This document shows, piece by piece, positions 19,640 to 28,616 of a stretch of 64,000 nucleotides of DNA. Below the pieces are notes generated by a model. It made no database searches, had not been told where the DNA came from, and saw only the letters and a list, made by a program, of their open reading frames with translations. Position numbers and translations under genes: made by a program. Position 1 is the first letter of the stretch; every line of letters begins with the position of its first letter. The DNA comes from a plasmid: the sequence record NZ_CP017041.1, one strand, 5' to 3'.

Positions 19640-19855
19640 CCACGATGGGCACAGGAGAGCGGCCCGGGGCAGGAGGTCCGTCTACCCTCCGAGGCAGCGG
19701 CTGCTGGCAATGAAGCGTCATTTCCCCTCGGGGAACCGGGCATTGGCAACGGCACTTTGAGACTGAGATGCCACTATCTGACATCCAGACATAACCGTTA
19801 GTGGTCGTTTACGGTCGCTTGTATAACAAGTTATTATTGTAGTACAATATTTGGC

Positions 19856-20125
19856 ATGGCCATCATTTTTACTGAGAGCGCCGCTCGACATGGGTTCACC
19901 CGTGACGACGCAATTCACGCTATGGAGACTCCCGAGGTGTTCACGCCCCACTTTGATCATTCCCGTACTGGGAGTCCTGATGTGGCGGCATGGATTGGCC
20001 CGGCGAGAGGAGGGCTCACCATTGAGGTGTTCGCCACGGTGATCCGACCTCACACAGTCGTGGTCTTTCACTGCATGGAAGTGCGACCTTCAACCCGCGA
20101 GAAACTGAACGGAGAACAATCATGA
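19856..20125 (+). CDS. BrnT-like (DUF497) toxin candidate
   Basis: 89 aa ORF with a ...ARHGFTRDDAIHAME ... IGPARGGLTIEVFATVIRPHTVVVFHCMEVRPSTREKL layout, like BrnT. It has an ATGA overlap with a downstream RHH gene. An AT-rich promoter-like tract lies upstream. Confidence 0.45.
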   Translation: MAIIFTESAARHGFTRDDAIHAMETPEVFTPHFDHSRTGSPDVAAWIGPARGGLTIEVFATVIRPHTVVVFHCMEVRPSTREKLNGEQS

Positions 20126-20448
20126 GCAACAGCCACGAGATCCGTTACGGGATCGACTTCACCGAACTGGCCGACTGGGCCGAGACCGATAACGCCACCC
20201 ATGACCCGCAAACCAGCCCTGTGTTTTGGGGTAAGGATGCCCGGCACGCCAGCCAAGCGCTGCTGAAGCGTGGACGCCCGACCCTTGGCGAGGACCATGC
20301 CACTGGCAAGGGACACTCACCACGCCGTCAACTCCGTCTGGACGCTGAGACAAACACACGCCTCGATGCAATGGCGGCCGAGACCGGGCGCAGCCCCTCC
20401 GACATCATGCGCACCGCCCTCATCGACTACCTCGATGCCGCAAGCTAA
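20122..20448 (+). CDS. RHH (CopG/BrnA-like) antitoxin candidate
   Basis: C-terminal ribbon-helix-helix (RRQLRLDAETNTRLDAMAAETGRSPSDIMRTALIDYL). Confidence 0.5.
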   Translation: MSNSHEIRYGIDFTELADWAETDNATHDPQTSPVFWGKDARHASQALLKRGRPTLGEDHATGKGHSPRRQLRLDAETNTRLDAMAAETGRSPSDIMRTALIDYLDAAS

Positions 20449-20508
20449 CATCACCTCACATGCACGCGCTACAAGGAAGTCATGCAGGCGACAGCATGAA
20501 TCACGATC

Positions 20509-20892
20509 TCACCCCAAGATAATGATCTTGGGATTCTGAGCCGGGTCAATCCATCGCAGCGTGCTAGTCAGCTCTGACAGTGAGTCCATACCCACACACC
20601 CAGCAGTGTAACGCGTCGCATAATGCAAAAAGATCGCTGCCCCCGACTCGGCACCATGACGCGCCAGCGAGCCATAGTTGAAATCCAGTACGGCTGCTTG
20701 CCGGTACTGACGGCCCACGTAGTCCGCCAAGTGCTCGTTATCCGACTTCGACAACGCGCGACAGTCCTGACGCCACCGGTTGTAATCAGGGGCAGTGGGA
20801 TCACCGATCCACCACGAGCACGAATTGATCCGCCGATACGGCAACTTCGTCCCCGGATCACCAGCACCGAAAGCAAAGACGACCCCGTAGAC
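20509..20892 (-). pseudogene. L,D-transpeptidase (YkuD) catalytic-domain fragment, N-terminally truncated
   Basis: The frame encodes ...GAAIFLHYATRYTAGCVGMD..., which is like the LDT H/G-C catalytic motif. It has no ATG/GTG start (TTG only). The upstream frame holds unrelated sequence. Confidence 0.3.
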
Positions 20893-21066
20893 ACCTGATG
20901 GGGCGCCATATCACCCTGAATACACTGAGACCCTGACGTGACACCGAGACTCTTATCCAACCGCGCGACAACCCGCACGGCAGAGCGGTCGACCTCACTA
21001 CACGCCACCCCTCGACGCGCCCGAAAACGGCCGTTTACGAGCAGCTGGTAAGTATTCAGAGGGGCA

Positions 21067-21489
21067 TCAGCGGGTGAGTTGGTAAACCCTTTGGCGGGTC
21101 ACCCCAAGCACGCGGGCGGTGTCGTTGGCGCTGTATTTCTTCTCGACCCTCAGCAGAGTGACGGCCTCACGCTTGCGTGCGGCCGCGTGATCAAGCACCT
21201 TCCGGGCTTGGCGCTCTTCCTCCTCACCTTCTTCCCACATGCGGCGGGCGTCGGCCTCACCATCCAAGCGAACGTGAACCTTAAACGCCTTCTCATCGGG
21301 TCCATCCTCATCCCAGGCGGTAATGATTCCGCGGGCCTCGTCTGCGACCTGACCCAACTTCACTGCTTGCCCAACCGCCCCGAGGGCCGGAATCTCGAAT
21401 ACCCAGAAATTCGCCTCAGGTGAGACCTCACGATGGGCGATCACGTCATAGACCGTCCCAGCTTCTGCTGTCATGCTCATTACTTCCAC
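21067..21489 (-). CDS. hicB: HicB-family antitoxin
   Basis: 140 aa ORF with an N-terminal HicB-like fold region and a C-terminal HTH (ARVLGVTRQRVYQLTR). It overlaps hicA. Confidence 0.55.
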   Translation of the reverse strand: MEVMSMTAEAGTVYDVIAHREVSPEANFWVFEIPALGAVGQAVKLGQVADEARGIITAWDEDGPDEKAFKVHVRLDGEADARRMWEEGEEEERQARKVLDHAAARKREAVTLLRVEKKYSANDTARVLGVTRQRVYQLTR

Positions 21490-21689
21490 TCCTTCGGAAT
21501 CGTCACGCCTGCTCGCTCCAGCTGCGCCAGGACACCAGCGGACATGAGCCGGTGACCTGTTGGTATCGATACGCGCCCGGCCCCGTTAGACCTCCCCCAG
21601 ATTTCATGACTTCCTTTCGCGTCACGCAGATAGTCCCATCCCTGGGAACGGAGCAGCTTGAGGACGTCCTTGGTTTTCTGCGGCTTCAT
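21480..21689 (-). CDS. hicA: HicA-family toxin
   Basis: 69 aa ORF: MKPQKTKDVLKLLRSQGW...KGSHEIWGRSNGAGRVSIPTGHRLMSAGVLAQLERAGV, matching the HicA/YcfA pattern. Confidence 0.6.
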   Translation of the reverse strand: MKPQKTKDVLKLLRSQGWDYLRDAKGSHEIWGRSNGAGRVSIPTGHRLMSAGVLAQLERAGVTIPKEWK

Positions 21690-22168
21690 ACATTATAGTA
21701 TAGCCCCACTATACATATAAGACAACCCCCTATTTACAGTTTAGTTGGCTTCTGTGCGCCCTCCACTGATGCCGTGGTGGACGAAGTCGTACCGTCCCGT
21801 CTGCTCGATTAGCGATATTGTCACGTCCGTAAGTGGCTTCCAGCGCGTCGATGATGAGCTGACGGGCCGTGGTGCCTAGATGCTTGAGGACGTCGCCCAC
21901 AAGGGCCAGCCTCCGCATGGACAGAACGAATCCTCAGCAACGCCGACCCACTGGGATTCCCCGTTGAGCCGGCCAACACGTCACCGCTGCAACATCTCAG
22001 CTCTAATCCCGACAAGATCATCATCATCGACACCCCGGCAGGCAACGGAGACATCACCACATACCCCGATCTGCCAAACCTCAACGACGACAAACACTGA
22101 GCTGAAAGGAACACGATCATGGCGTCGGGCTGGTCTTCGGCGTAGCACAAGCCCAGCGCTTTTGACGG

Positions 22169-22825
22169 TCAGTGAGCGATGGCCAGGCCGACGAGGGCGC
22201 CGCTGCACAGGCTGGGCGCCCAGGGAAGGAATCGGGTGGTGTGGTGTCGGCAGCGGTCGATGAGGGCGTAGAGGGCGATCAGAGTCAGCCCGGCGATGAC
22301 CGTGGCGTGGATCGTGGTGATCCCGGTTGCGGCGGCCGGGGCCGCCCACAGCGGCGTGATGCGCACATCAGAGAAACCGAATCCGCCTCGGGAGATGACC
22401 CAGACGATCATCCACGCCGCGGAGATGACGACAGTAGCGATAGCAGCACGGATCGCCGCAGTCTGGTTCGCGAGAGCGATCATGGCCACAGCCCCGATCC
22501 ATCCAACCCAGCCGGTCCAGGCGAGGACTGCCGGTATCCATGTGGTGATGGCGTCGATGACGGCTACCCATGCCCCGATGGTGGCTAGCAGAGCCCAGGC
22601 CGGCCAGGTGGGTGCTGGGGCCCACGCTACGGCGGCGATCATGGTTGTCGCAGATGCAGCACAGACAGCGATCATGCTTCGGAGACTGTAGGTGTCGCGG
22701 TAGGCGATTTTGTCGGGGCTGGCGGTAGCTGGTTCTGGCAAGACGCGGGTGAGGGCAGGCCACCCTGCGGCCGCGATAGCCATCACGGCGACCACCCACA
22801 CAATCTGTTGCATGGGTCTCATCAT
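22169..22825 (-). CDS. Prepilin peptidase (A24 family, CpaA/TadV-like)
   Basis: Polytopic membrane protein carrying AVIDAITTWIP and GGFGFSDVRI, the two Asp motifs of type IV prepilin peptidases. Confidence 0.5.
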   Translation of the reverse strand: MMRPMQQIVWVVAVMAIAAAGWPALTRVLPEPATASPDKIAYRDTYSLRSMIAVCAASATTMIAAVAWAPAPTWPAWALLATIGAWVAVIDAITTWIPAVLAWTGWVGWIGAVAMIALANQTAAIRAAIATVVISAAWMIVWVISRGGFGFSDVRITPLWAAPAAATGITTIHATVIAGLTLIALYALIDRCRHHTTRFLPWAPSLCSGALVGLAIAH

Positions 22826-22862
22826 GGCCCATCAACGCCGAAAATGGGTGGCCGACATGGGT

Positions 22863-24860
22863 TCAGCCGTCGAGAGGTGTGCGGGTGGACATGGCTTCTC
22901 CTGCGCCGAGCATGAGGGTTCCGGAATCGTCGCCGGCCGATTCCCAATCGACGATGACCTGCTCACCGTCGACGCTGGACTCGGCGATGGTCACCCAATC
23001 TCCGTCTATGTCGATGAGCATCCCAGCAGTCAACTCGGTGGCGGCCACCGGGTGGGGTGGGCTGTAGAAGCGGTCGATGTCGCAAACGGGATCTTCGTCG
23101 GGTTCCTCGACTACCGGGGGCGGGGCGGGCCTGGCTGTCTCGGTGTCGGCAGCCAGGTCGGCTCCCAGGATGCGCTCCCACTGCGGGCTGGTTTTCTTGC
23201 CCGCTGAGGCCATGGCCTTAGCGATCTGTTTGTCAGTGGGCCACACAAACTTCTTCTTGGTCCAGGTCGTGGTGGCGGGTCGCAGCTGTTCCAGCAGCTT
23301 CAGGTCTTGCGGGGAGCGGGCTTTGCGGGGGTCGGGGGTGTAGAAGAACTGGACTTCTTTGGGGGTTGATTCGCCGGATAGGTAGGTGCCGCGGCCGCGT
23401 TTGCCGAACGGGATGCCCACGCCGACGTGTTCGGAGCCGAACATCATGCGGGCGCCATCGGAGGACAGGGGTCCGGTGGCGGCTCGGCCGGAGAAGTTGT
23501 CTCGGATCTCGCCGCCCAGAAATTCGGCGTCTGGGCGTTGGGTTCCTAGATCGACGTGGATGCGGCAGGCTGCTGCCATGCGCAGCAGGGAGCCGATCCA
23601 TCCGAAGACGGGGCATTCTCCGGGCATTCCGGAGACTTTGATCGTCGACCACCAGTTTTTCGTGTTGCCGTAGAACTGGCGGTATTCGTCGATGAGGACG
23701 AGCACTCGGGTGAAGTCGGTTTCTCGTGCTCCTTCTTCCTCGATGCGTCGGTAGCGGTCCTCCATGAGGGCCCACAGCCAGTGGATGAGGGCGACCTGGT
23801 CGGGCACGGTGGTGGCGACCATTTCGATGTTGGGCCACTCCCGCAAGCCCAGATATTCGATGCGTTTGGGGTCGATGATGAAGACGCGCCAGTCACGGCG
23901 GGCGGCCTCGACGGCGTCACCGATCATGGATACCGTTTTCCCGGTGCGGGTACGGCCGGCTTTGAGCTGGTGGGCCATGACACCAGAGATGTCCCAGTAG
24001 CAGGTGTTGCCGTCCTCGTCGACGGCTTGAGGGATCTTCTCCCAATCTGGGGAATCTGGGGCAGGAAGGGCCACCGGTCGCGCCGCCACCGAGGGCAAAG
24101 GGCGTCGACGAGTGACAGTGATGGTGTCGTGCTCCAAGTCGAAGTCGCTGCGCCATTGGCCGGGCATCATCGCCGAGGTTACCGCGGCCAGGCGTAGCTG
24201 AATGTTGGGGCTGGACAGGTGAGCGCCACGCTGGTGGTGAATGGTGAACCCGTCCAGCTTCCCCTGATCGGTGCTCCAGGAATCGACAGTGACCGCCGAC
24301 CCATAGATTTGGGTGGCCACGTCTTTGGCGCGCTCGGTGGCCCGATCCAGATCAGTCTTGTCAGGCTCGGGGGTGGGGTCACGGTAGGCCAGGATGAACC
24401 GTCCGGCCGGGATCGTTGCGGAAGCCACCGTGAATTGTCCTGGCGGCCAGGCAGCTGCAGCTGCCTGGGTCAGCGTCATTGGCACGGTCTCCCCCGCGGC
24501 CGCCTCAGGAGGAATAGTGAGGATCAGTCGGCGCGGGTGTTTGCCCTTGCGATCCCACGTAACTTTCTGGGACACCGGCACCTTCAGCGTCGCCTGGATA
24601 GCCAGGCGGGCTGTTTCAGCGGTCTCAGTGCGCCGGTCGGCGCGCAACGCACGACTGGCGTGAAGAGTCCCCGCCACAGCGCAGCCCACACATAGCAGCC
24701 ACCAGCGGGGATCCGCGGCCGCGGCGTAGCCTCCTGTGGCCAGTACCGCACCCGACCAGCCGGCCGCAGTGTTCGTCCACGCCGGTTTCACGCTGACAGC
24801 GAGCTGGGCGGAGGGTGTCTTCTTCGCGGCCGCAACTGAGGGACGAGACCGGATGGTCAT
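22863..24860 (-). CDS. FtsK/SpoIIIE-family DNA translocase (conjugative coupling protein)
   Basis: 665 aa ORF with N-terminal TM helices, Walker A (GRTRTGKTVS) and Walker B (VLVLIDEY). Confidence 0.8.
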   Translation of the reverse strand: MTIRSRPSVAAAKKTPSAQLAVSVKPAWTNTAAGWSGAVLATGGYAAAADPRWWLLCVGCAVAGTLHASRALRADRRTETAETARLAIQATLKVPVSQKVTWDRKGKHPRRLILTIPPEAAAGETVPMTLTQAAAAAWPPGQFTVASATIPAGRFILAYRDPTPEPDKTDLDRATERAKDVATQIYGSAVTVDSWSTDQGKLDGFTIHHQRGAHLSSPNIQLRLAAVTSAMMPGQWRSDFDLEHDTITVTRRRPLPSVAARPVALPAPDSPDWEKIPQAVDEDGNTCYWDISGVMAHQLKAGRTRTGKTVSMIGDAVEAARRDWRVFIIDPKRIEYLGLREWPNIEMVATTVPDQVALIHWLWALMEDRYRRIEEEGARETDFTRVLVLIDEYRQFYGNTKNWWSTIKVSGMPGECPVFGWIGSLLRMAAACRIHVDLGTQRPDAEFLGGEIRDNFSGRAATGPLSSDGARMMFGSEHVGVGIPFGKRGRGTYLSGESTPKEVQFFYTPDPRKARSPQDLKLLEQLRPATTTWTKKKFVWPTDKQIAKAMASAGKKTSPQWERILGADLAADTETARPAPPPVVEEPDEDPVCDIDRFYSPPHPVAATELTAGMLIDIDGDWVTIAESSVDGEQVIVDWESAGDDSGTLMLGAGEAMSTRTPLDG

Positions 24861-25174
24861 GCCGCAGTTTCCTTGTGGCAGGTCAGCTCATAGGCATGAT
24901 GTCCAGCAATGATGCCGTGACGCACCGCCCCGGTGGCCGCATAGACCGTGCATAGCTTGAACACGGGGCACCCATTACAGGCCGCCGGGTTCATGCTTTC
25001 TTTGTCCCACGACGGCGGATCATCGGTGCACGGCACAACCAGGCCATCCTGTTGGACAGCACTGATAGCGGTGAACAGTCGCAGCTGGGCGCGAACTTGT
25101 TCCCGGGTTAGGTTGACGGAGCGGGATACACGCATGGGGGCTTCCTTCCTCTTCACTGGTGAAGGTGTCTGCAC
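24857..25174 (-). CDS. WhiB-like (Wbl) Fe-S transcription factor
   Basis: Cys spacing is C-x17-C-x2-C-x5-C (VPC...AACNGCPVFKLC). It is translationally coupled to the FtsK-like gene. Confidence 0.55.
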   Translation of the reverse strand: MQTPSPVKRKEAPMRVSRSVNLTREQVRAQLRLFTAISAVQQDGLVVPCTDDPPSWDKESMNPAACNGCPVFKLCTVYAATGAVRHGIIAGHHAYELTCHKETAA

Positions 25175-25396
25175 GCTCCTGGATGTGCGGAGGAATTTGT
25201 CAGTGCTTGATCGCGGTGATCAGCCAGCCGGTCGCGGCAGTGGGTTCGGGCACCAGGGTCAGGTGCACCACGGTGTGGTCGGCCAAGGGCACGTCAATCA
25301 GGGGTCCGTCGGCAGTTGCCCCAGCGAAGGTGGGGGTGGCGGGCAGTTGCTGGTTAAGGCCTGGCTAGTTGACTTAAGCACACTATAGTAGGTGGT

Positions 25397-26017
25397 ATGA
25401 ATCTCAAGGAGTGGGCAGGAGTGCGCGGGATTTCGTATCAGACCGCGCTGCGGTGGTATCACCGTGGGCTTATGCCTGTTCCCGTGCATCGAGTGGGAAG
25501 GCTCGTGCTCGTTGATTGTGACGAGCATGGGTTGCCGTTCGAGGGATCGACCCCCGAGCCGACGAAAACGATCATTTATGCTCGGGTGTGCTCGGCGGAT
25601 CAGAAACCCGATCTTGATAGACAGATCGCTCGAGTCATGACATGGGCGAGCGCGAAGGAATTGTCGGTTGATGGTGTTGTCACCGAGGTTGGTTCTGGTC
25701 TCGATGGGCATCGGAAGAAGTTCGAGAAATTGTTGAAGGATGGTTCTGTCAGGACGATTCTTGTGGAACATCGCGATCGATTCTGCCGATTCGGGTCGGA
25801 ATACATTGAAGCGGCACTTTCGGCACAGAATCGTCGTCTCCTTGTTGTTGACGACAAGGAGATCGAAGACGATCTTGTGCAGGATATGACAGATGTGCTC
25901 ACGTCCATGTGTGCGAGATTGTACGGAAAGAGATCAGCGAAACATCGCGCCCGAAAGGCCGTGGAAACGGCCATGACCACTGGCGGTGAAGAATCCGTTA
26001 AGGATGATCACACATGA
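25397..26017 (+). CDS. tnpA: IS607-type transposase TnpA (MerR-like HTH + serine recombinase)
   Basis: N-terminal HTH (GISYQTALRWYHRG) and a serine recombinase catalytic region (IIYARVCSADQKPDLDRQ). Confidence 0.85.
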   Translation: MNLKEWAGVRGISYQTALRWYHRGLMPVPVHRVGRLVLVDCDEHGLPFEGSTPEPTKTIIYARVCSADQKPDLDRQIARVMTWASAKELSVDGVVTEVGSGLDGHRKKFEKLLKDGSVRTILVEHRDRFCRFGSEYIEAALSAQNRRLLVVDDKEIEDDLVQDMTDVLTSMCARLYGKRSAKHRARKAVETAMTTGGEESVKDDHT

Positions 26018-27459
26018 TCACGAAGCCCGCCGCCCCGAAATTGGACAAGAATGGCCCAGATGTTGTTGTCCGGTCCTACAAGTTTGCGTTGAAACCCACG
26101 AAGTCGCAGGAACAGAAATTGCGTCAGCATACGGGTGCAGCAAGGTTTGTCTACAATTATCTCATTTCCCAGTGGCGCGACGACATTCACACTCGTGCCG
26201 AAGAGAAGAAATGCGGCGTTCCTGAGGATGAATTGACGCCGTTCACGTTTAAGTTGTCTGCCTATGATATGCGTAATTACTGGAATCGCACCAAGGGCGA
26301 GTGTGCTCCGTGGTGGCCAGAAGTATCGAAGGAGATCGGCAACGATGCGGCACGTCGTGCCCATGACTCCATTGAGAACTGGTACGACTCCAAGGGCGGG
26401 AAACGCAAGGGCAGAAGAGTGGGCTTCCCCCGGTTCCACAAGCGCGGATGCCATGAATCATGCACGTTCTCAACCGGGACGATCCGTGTCAATCCTGACC
26501 GTCACTCGGTGGCACTGCCCCGAATCGGAACCATAAAGACTCGCGAAAATACGCGCGAATTGCAACGCAAAATCGCCAAAGGTACGGCAAGAATCACTCA
26601 GGCCACGATCTCTCGCGGGTTCAATTATTGGCACGTCTCCTTCACCGTGTACGAGAAGAAACACATTCCCGAAACCCACGCACATTCCGGCTCTGTTGTC
26701 GGGGTGGACATGGGTGTGGGAGATCACGTCATCGTTGCGGCAACCCCAAACGGTGATGAAGTCATGCGTAGGGGATTGCCGCAATCGGTCAAGAAGGATG
26801 AAGCGCGAGTGCGGCACCTTCAGCGCAAACTGTCGCGTAAGCATGGCCCGGATAAGAGGACGAAAACCACGCCCTCGAATCGGTGGATTCGCGCGAACAA
26901 CCAAGTCAATAAGTATCGCGCGAAACTGGCTAACATACGTCGCGATCTTGCGGCGAAGGCTGCTCATGGGTTGGCGACGAATTATGAGACCGTCGTCATC
27001 GAGGACTTGAACGTTCAAGCCATGATGACGCGCGGAGGCGCACACAAACGTGGTCTGAATCGCGCGATAGCGCAGGCCTCATTTGCCGATGTCAGGCGAC
27101 GAATCACCTACAAAACGAGGTGGAATGGCGGTAGAACCGTCATTGCCGATCGGTGGTTTCCATCGTCGAAAACGTGTTCGGAATGTGGAGAAGTGAAATC
27201 CAAGCTCTCCTTGTCCGAGCGTGAATACATCTGCCATCGTTGCGGTGTTGTCGTGGACAGAGACCTCAATGCTGCAACAAATCTGGCGAAATTAGCGGCA
27301 CCGAAATCCGGTGTCGATTTTCACGGAACCGGGAGTTCGCCGGGGATGGGACGTGGAGGCGCGGGGAAGACCAACTCATCCTCGGGTGAGCTGGCACCGG
27401 CCGGTGAAGCGTCAATGGCCCGAAAGGACCTGAGCGGCCGCAAGGCCGGCACGAGATAA
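26014..27459 (+). CDS. tnpB: TnpB (RNA-guided nuclease, OrfB_IS605 family)
   Basis: 481 aa ORF with a C-terminal zinc finger plus RuvC-III (CSECGEVKSKLSLSEREYICHRCGVVVDRDLNAATNLA). Confidence 0.85.
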   Translation: MITKPAAPKLDKNGPDVVVRSYKFALKPTKSQEQKLRQHTGAARFVYNYLISQWRDDIHTRAEEKKCGVPEDELTPFTFKLSAYDMRNYWNRTKGECAPWWPEVSKEIGNDAARRAHDSIENWYDSKGGKRKGRRVGFPRFHKRGCHESCTFSTGTIRVNPDRHSVALPRIGTIKTRENTRELQRKIAKGTARITQATISRGFNYWHVSFTVYEKKHIPETHAHSGSVVGVDMGVGDHVIVAATPNGDEVMRRGLPQSVKKDEARVRHLQRKLSRKHGPDKRTKTTPSNRWIRANNQVNKYRAKLANIRRDLAAKAAHGLATNYETVVIEDLNVQAMMTRGGAHKRGLNRAIAQASFADVRRRITYKTRWNGGRTVIADRWFPSSKTCSECGEVKSKLSLSEREYICHRCGVVVDRDLNAATNLAKLAAPKSGVDFHGTGSSPGMGRGGAGKTNSSSGELAPAGEASMARKDLSGRKAGTR

Positions 27460-27551
27460 CCTGACCATCAGAGTCAGTTCTCATGCAACGGTGAAGGCGG
27501 CCAGGCCTGCTGGGATGAGGATGGCGGCCGCGCTGACGGACCGTAGTGAGG

Positions 27552-28616
27552 TCATTTGACGATCCTTCGGTAGCTCGAGGGGTTGCCGTAGATCTTCTCC
27601 ACGTTGATGCCGCGGGCTTGGTTGTCGGCGCTGATCATCTGGCCTCTACCGATGTAGGTGGCTACGTGGTGGGCAGGGATGCCCCAGAAGATAAGGTCGC
27701 CGACTTTGAGCTGGTTGCGGTTGACTGGGGTGCCGACTTTTTGCTGTTCGGCAGCGGTGCGGGGAAGGTTGATGCCGATACGTCGGTACAGTGCCGAGGT
27801 CAGGCCTGAGCAGTCGTAGCCGCCATCGCTCGCACCATTACCGCCCCACACGTAGGTGTAGGAGTTGTTGGCGGCGATCGATTTGGCCCATTCCACGGCT
27901 TTGGTCAGGTTCTTTGAGACGCCGGTTTCGTTAGCGGTCCCGGTGACACAGTCGTTGGACAGGCGCCCTGTGGTGGTGGCTCCCACCATCTGTTTGGCGA
28001 TGGCCTCCCATTTAGCGTAAGCGTTAGGCAGGGCTGAGGCCTGAACCGCTTGGGCTGCTTGGGCCGGGGATTTCGACTGCCAGTCGGGGACATCGACAAG
28101 GCCGGGAATGTGGTAGCCGGGGCCGCCGGCCGATGTGGGGCCAGCATAGGTGATGGTGTGGCCTTTCAGGAATGTCTCCGTGGCGTAGGCATCATTGTTG
28201 ACTTGGTCCAAGGTGCCGTACCAGCCCGGTAGAACGCGCTGTTGGAATGGGCCGGCGTCGCCGTCACCGTTAGGTTTCGTTGCGGCGGGGTTGGCTCCGA
28301 GGTCTGATTCCTGTTTAGCGGTCATGATGGCGATGACCGCAGCCTGGACAGGTAGTTTGTCGCGTTGGACCACGGTGACGATGGTGGTCACTAGTTGCTT
28401 CTGCCTGGTTGTGAGGCCTCCGACACTAACAGCGCCACCGGTGACAGTTCCTATGCAGGGATCCCCACCGACGCCGCCAGCGCCAGAGTTGTCGTCGAGG
28501 GCCCCGGCGCCTACTGACAGTAGTGGCACCACAATCACGGCAGCTGACGACATTGCCAGGCCCGCAAGGATCAGTGCTACGACACTTGCTACGACGATCA
28601 CGCGAGACGCCTTCAT
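27552..28616 (-). CDS. Secreted cell-wall hydrolase with C-terminal NlpC/P60 domain
   Basis: N-terminal TM/signal. The C-terminus has YVWGGNGASDGGYDCSGL...H, the catalytic Cys/His region of NlpC/P60. This is typical of conjugation-associated hydrolases. Confidence 0.7.
   Translation of the reverse strand: MKASRVIVVASVVALILAGLAMSSAAVIVVPLLSVGAGALDDNSGAGGVGGDPCIGTVTGGAVSVGGLTTRQKQLVTTIVTVVQRDKLPVQAAVIAIMTAKQESDLGANPAATKPNGDGDAGPFQQRVLPGWYGTLDQVNNDAYATETFLKGHTITYAGPTSAGGPGYHIPGLVDVPDWQSKSPAQAAQAVQASALPNAYAKWEAIAKQMVGATTTGRLSNDCVTGTANETGVSKNLTKAVEWAKSIAANNSYTYVWGGNGASDGGYDCSGLTSALYRRIGINLPRTAAEQQKVGTPVNRNQLKVGDLIFWGIPAHHVATYIGRGQMISADNQARGINVEKIYGNPSSYRRIVK

Larger units (their letters stand above)
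25390..27500 (+). mobile_element. IS607-family insertion sequence (tnpA serine recombinase + tnpB)
   Basis: tnpA and tnpB overlap. The element ends in a hairpin-containing right end (27455-27495). The boundaries are approximate because the family has no terminal IRs. Confidence 0.75.

Noticed and set aside
21730-22150. Possible ParA-like remnants (…TARQLIIDALEATYG… on minus; …IIIDTPAGNGDITTYPDLPNL… on plus) in the gap between hicA and the prepilin peptidase.
   Set aside because: They are only short motif-like stretches in different frames with stops. They are too weak to call as a pseudogene without a database alignment.
22172-22835. Plus-strand and alternative minus-strand ORFs (22172..22588, 22296..22691, 22368..22835) overlapping the prepilin peptidase gene.
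   Set aside because: They have low-complexity Asp/Arg/Gly-rich translations. The peptidase frame has coherent TM helices and both A24 Asp motifs.
23233-24695. Multiple overlapping ORFs inside the FtsK/SpoIIIE gene (e.g. 23233..23838, 23556..24197, 24219..24695).
   Set aside because: They are composition artifacts. The FtsK frame carries Walker A/B motifs and spans the full interval.
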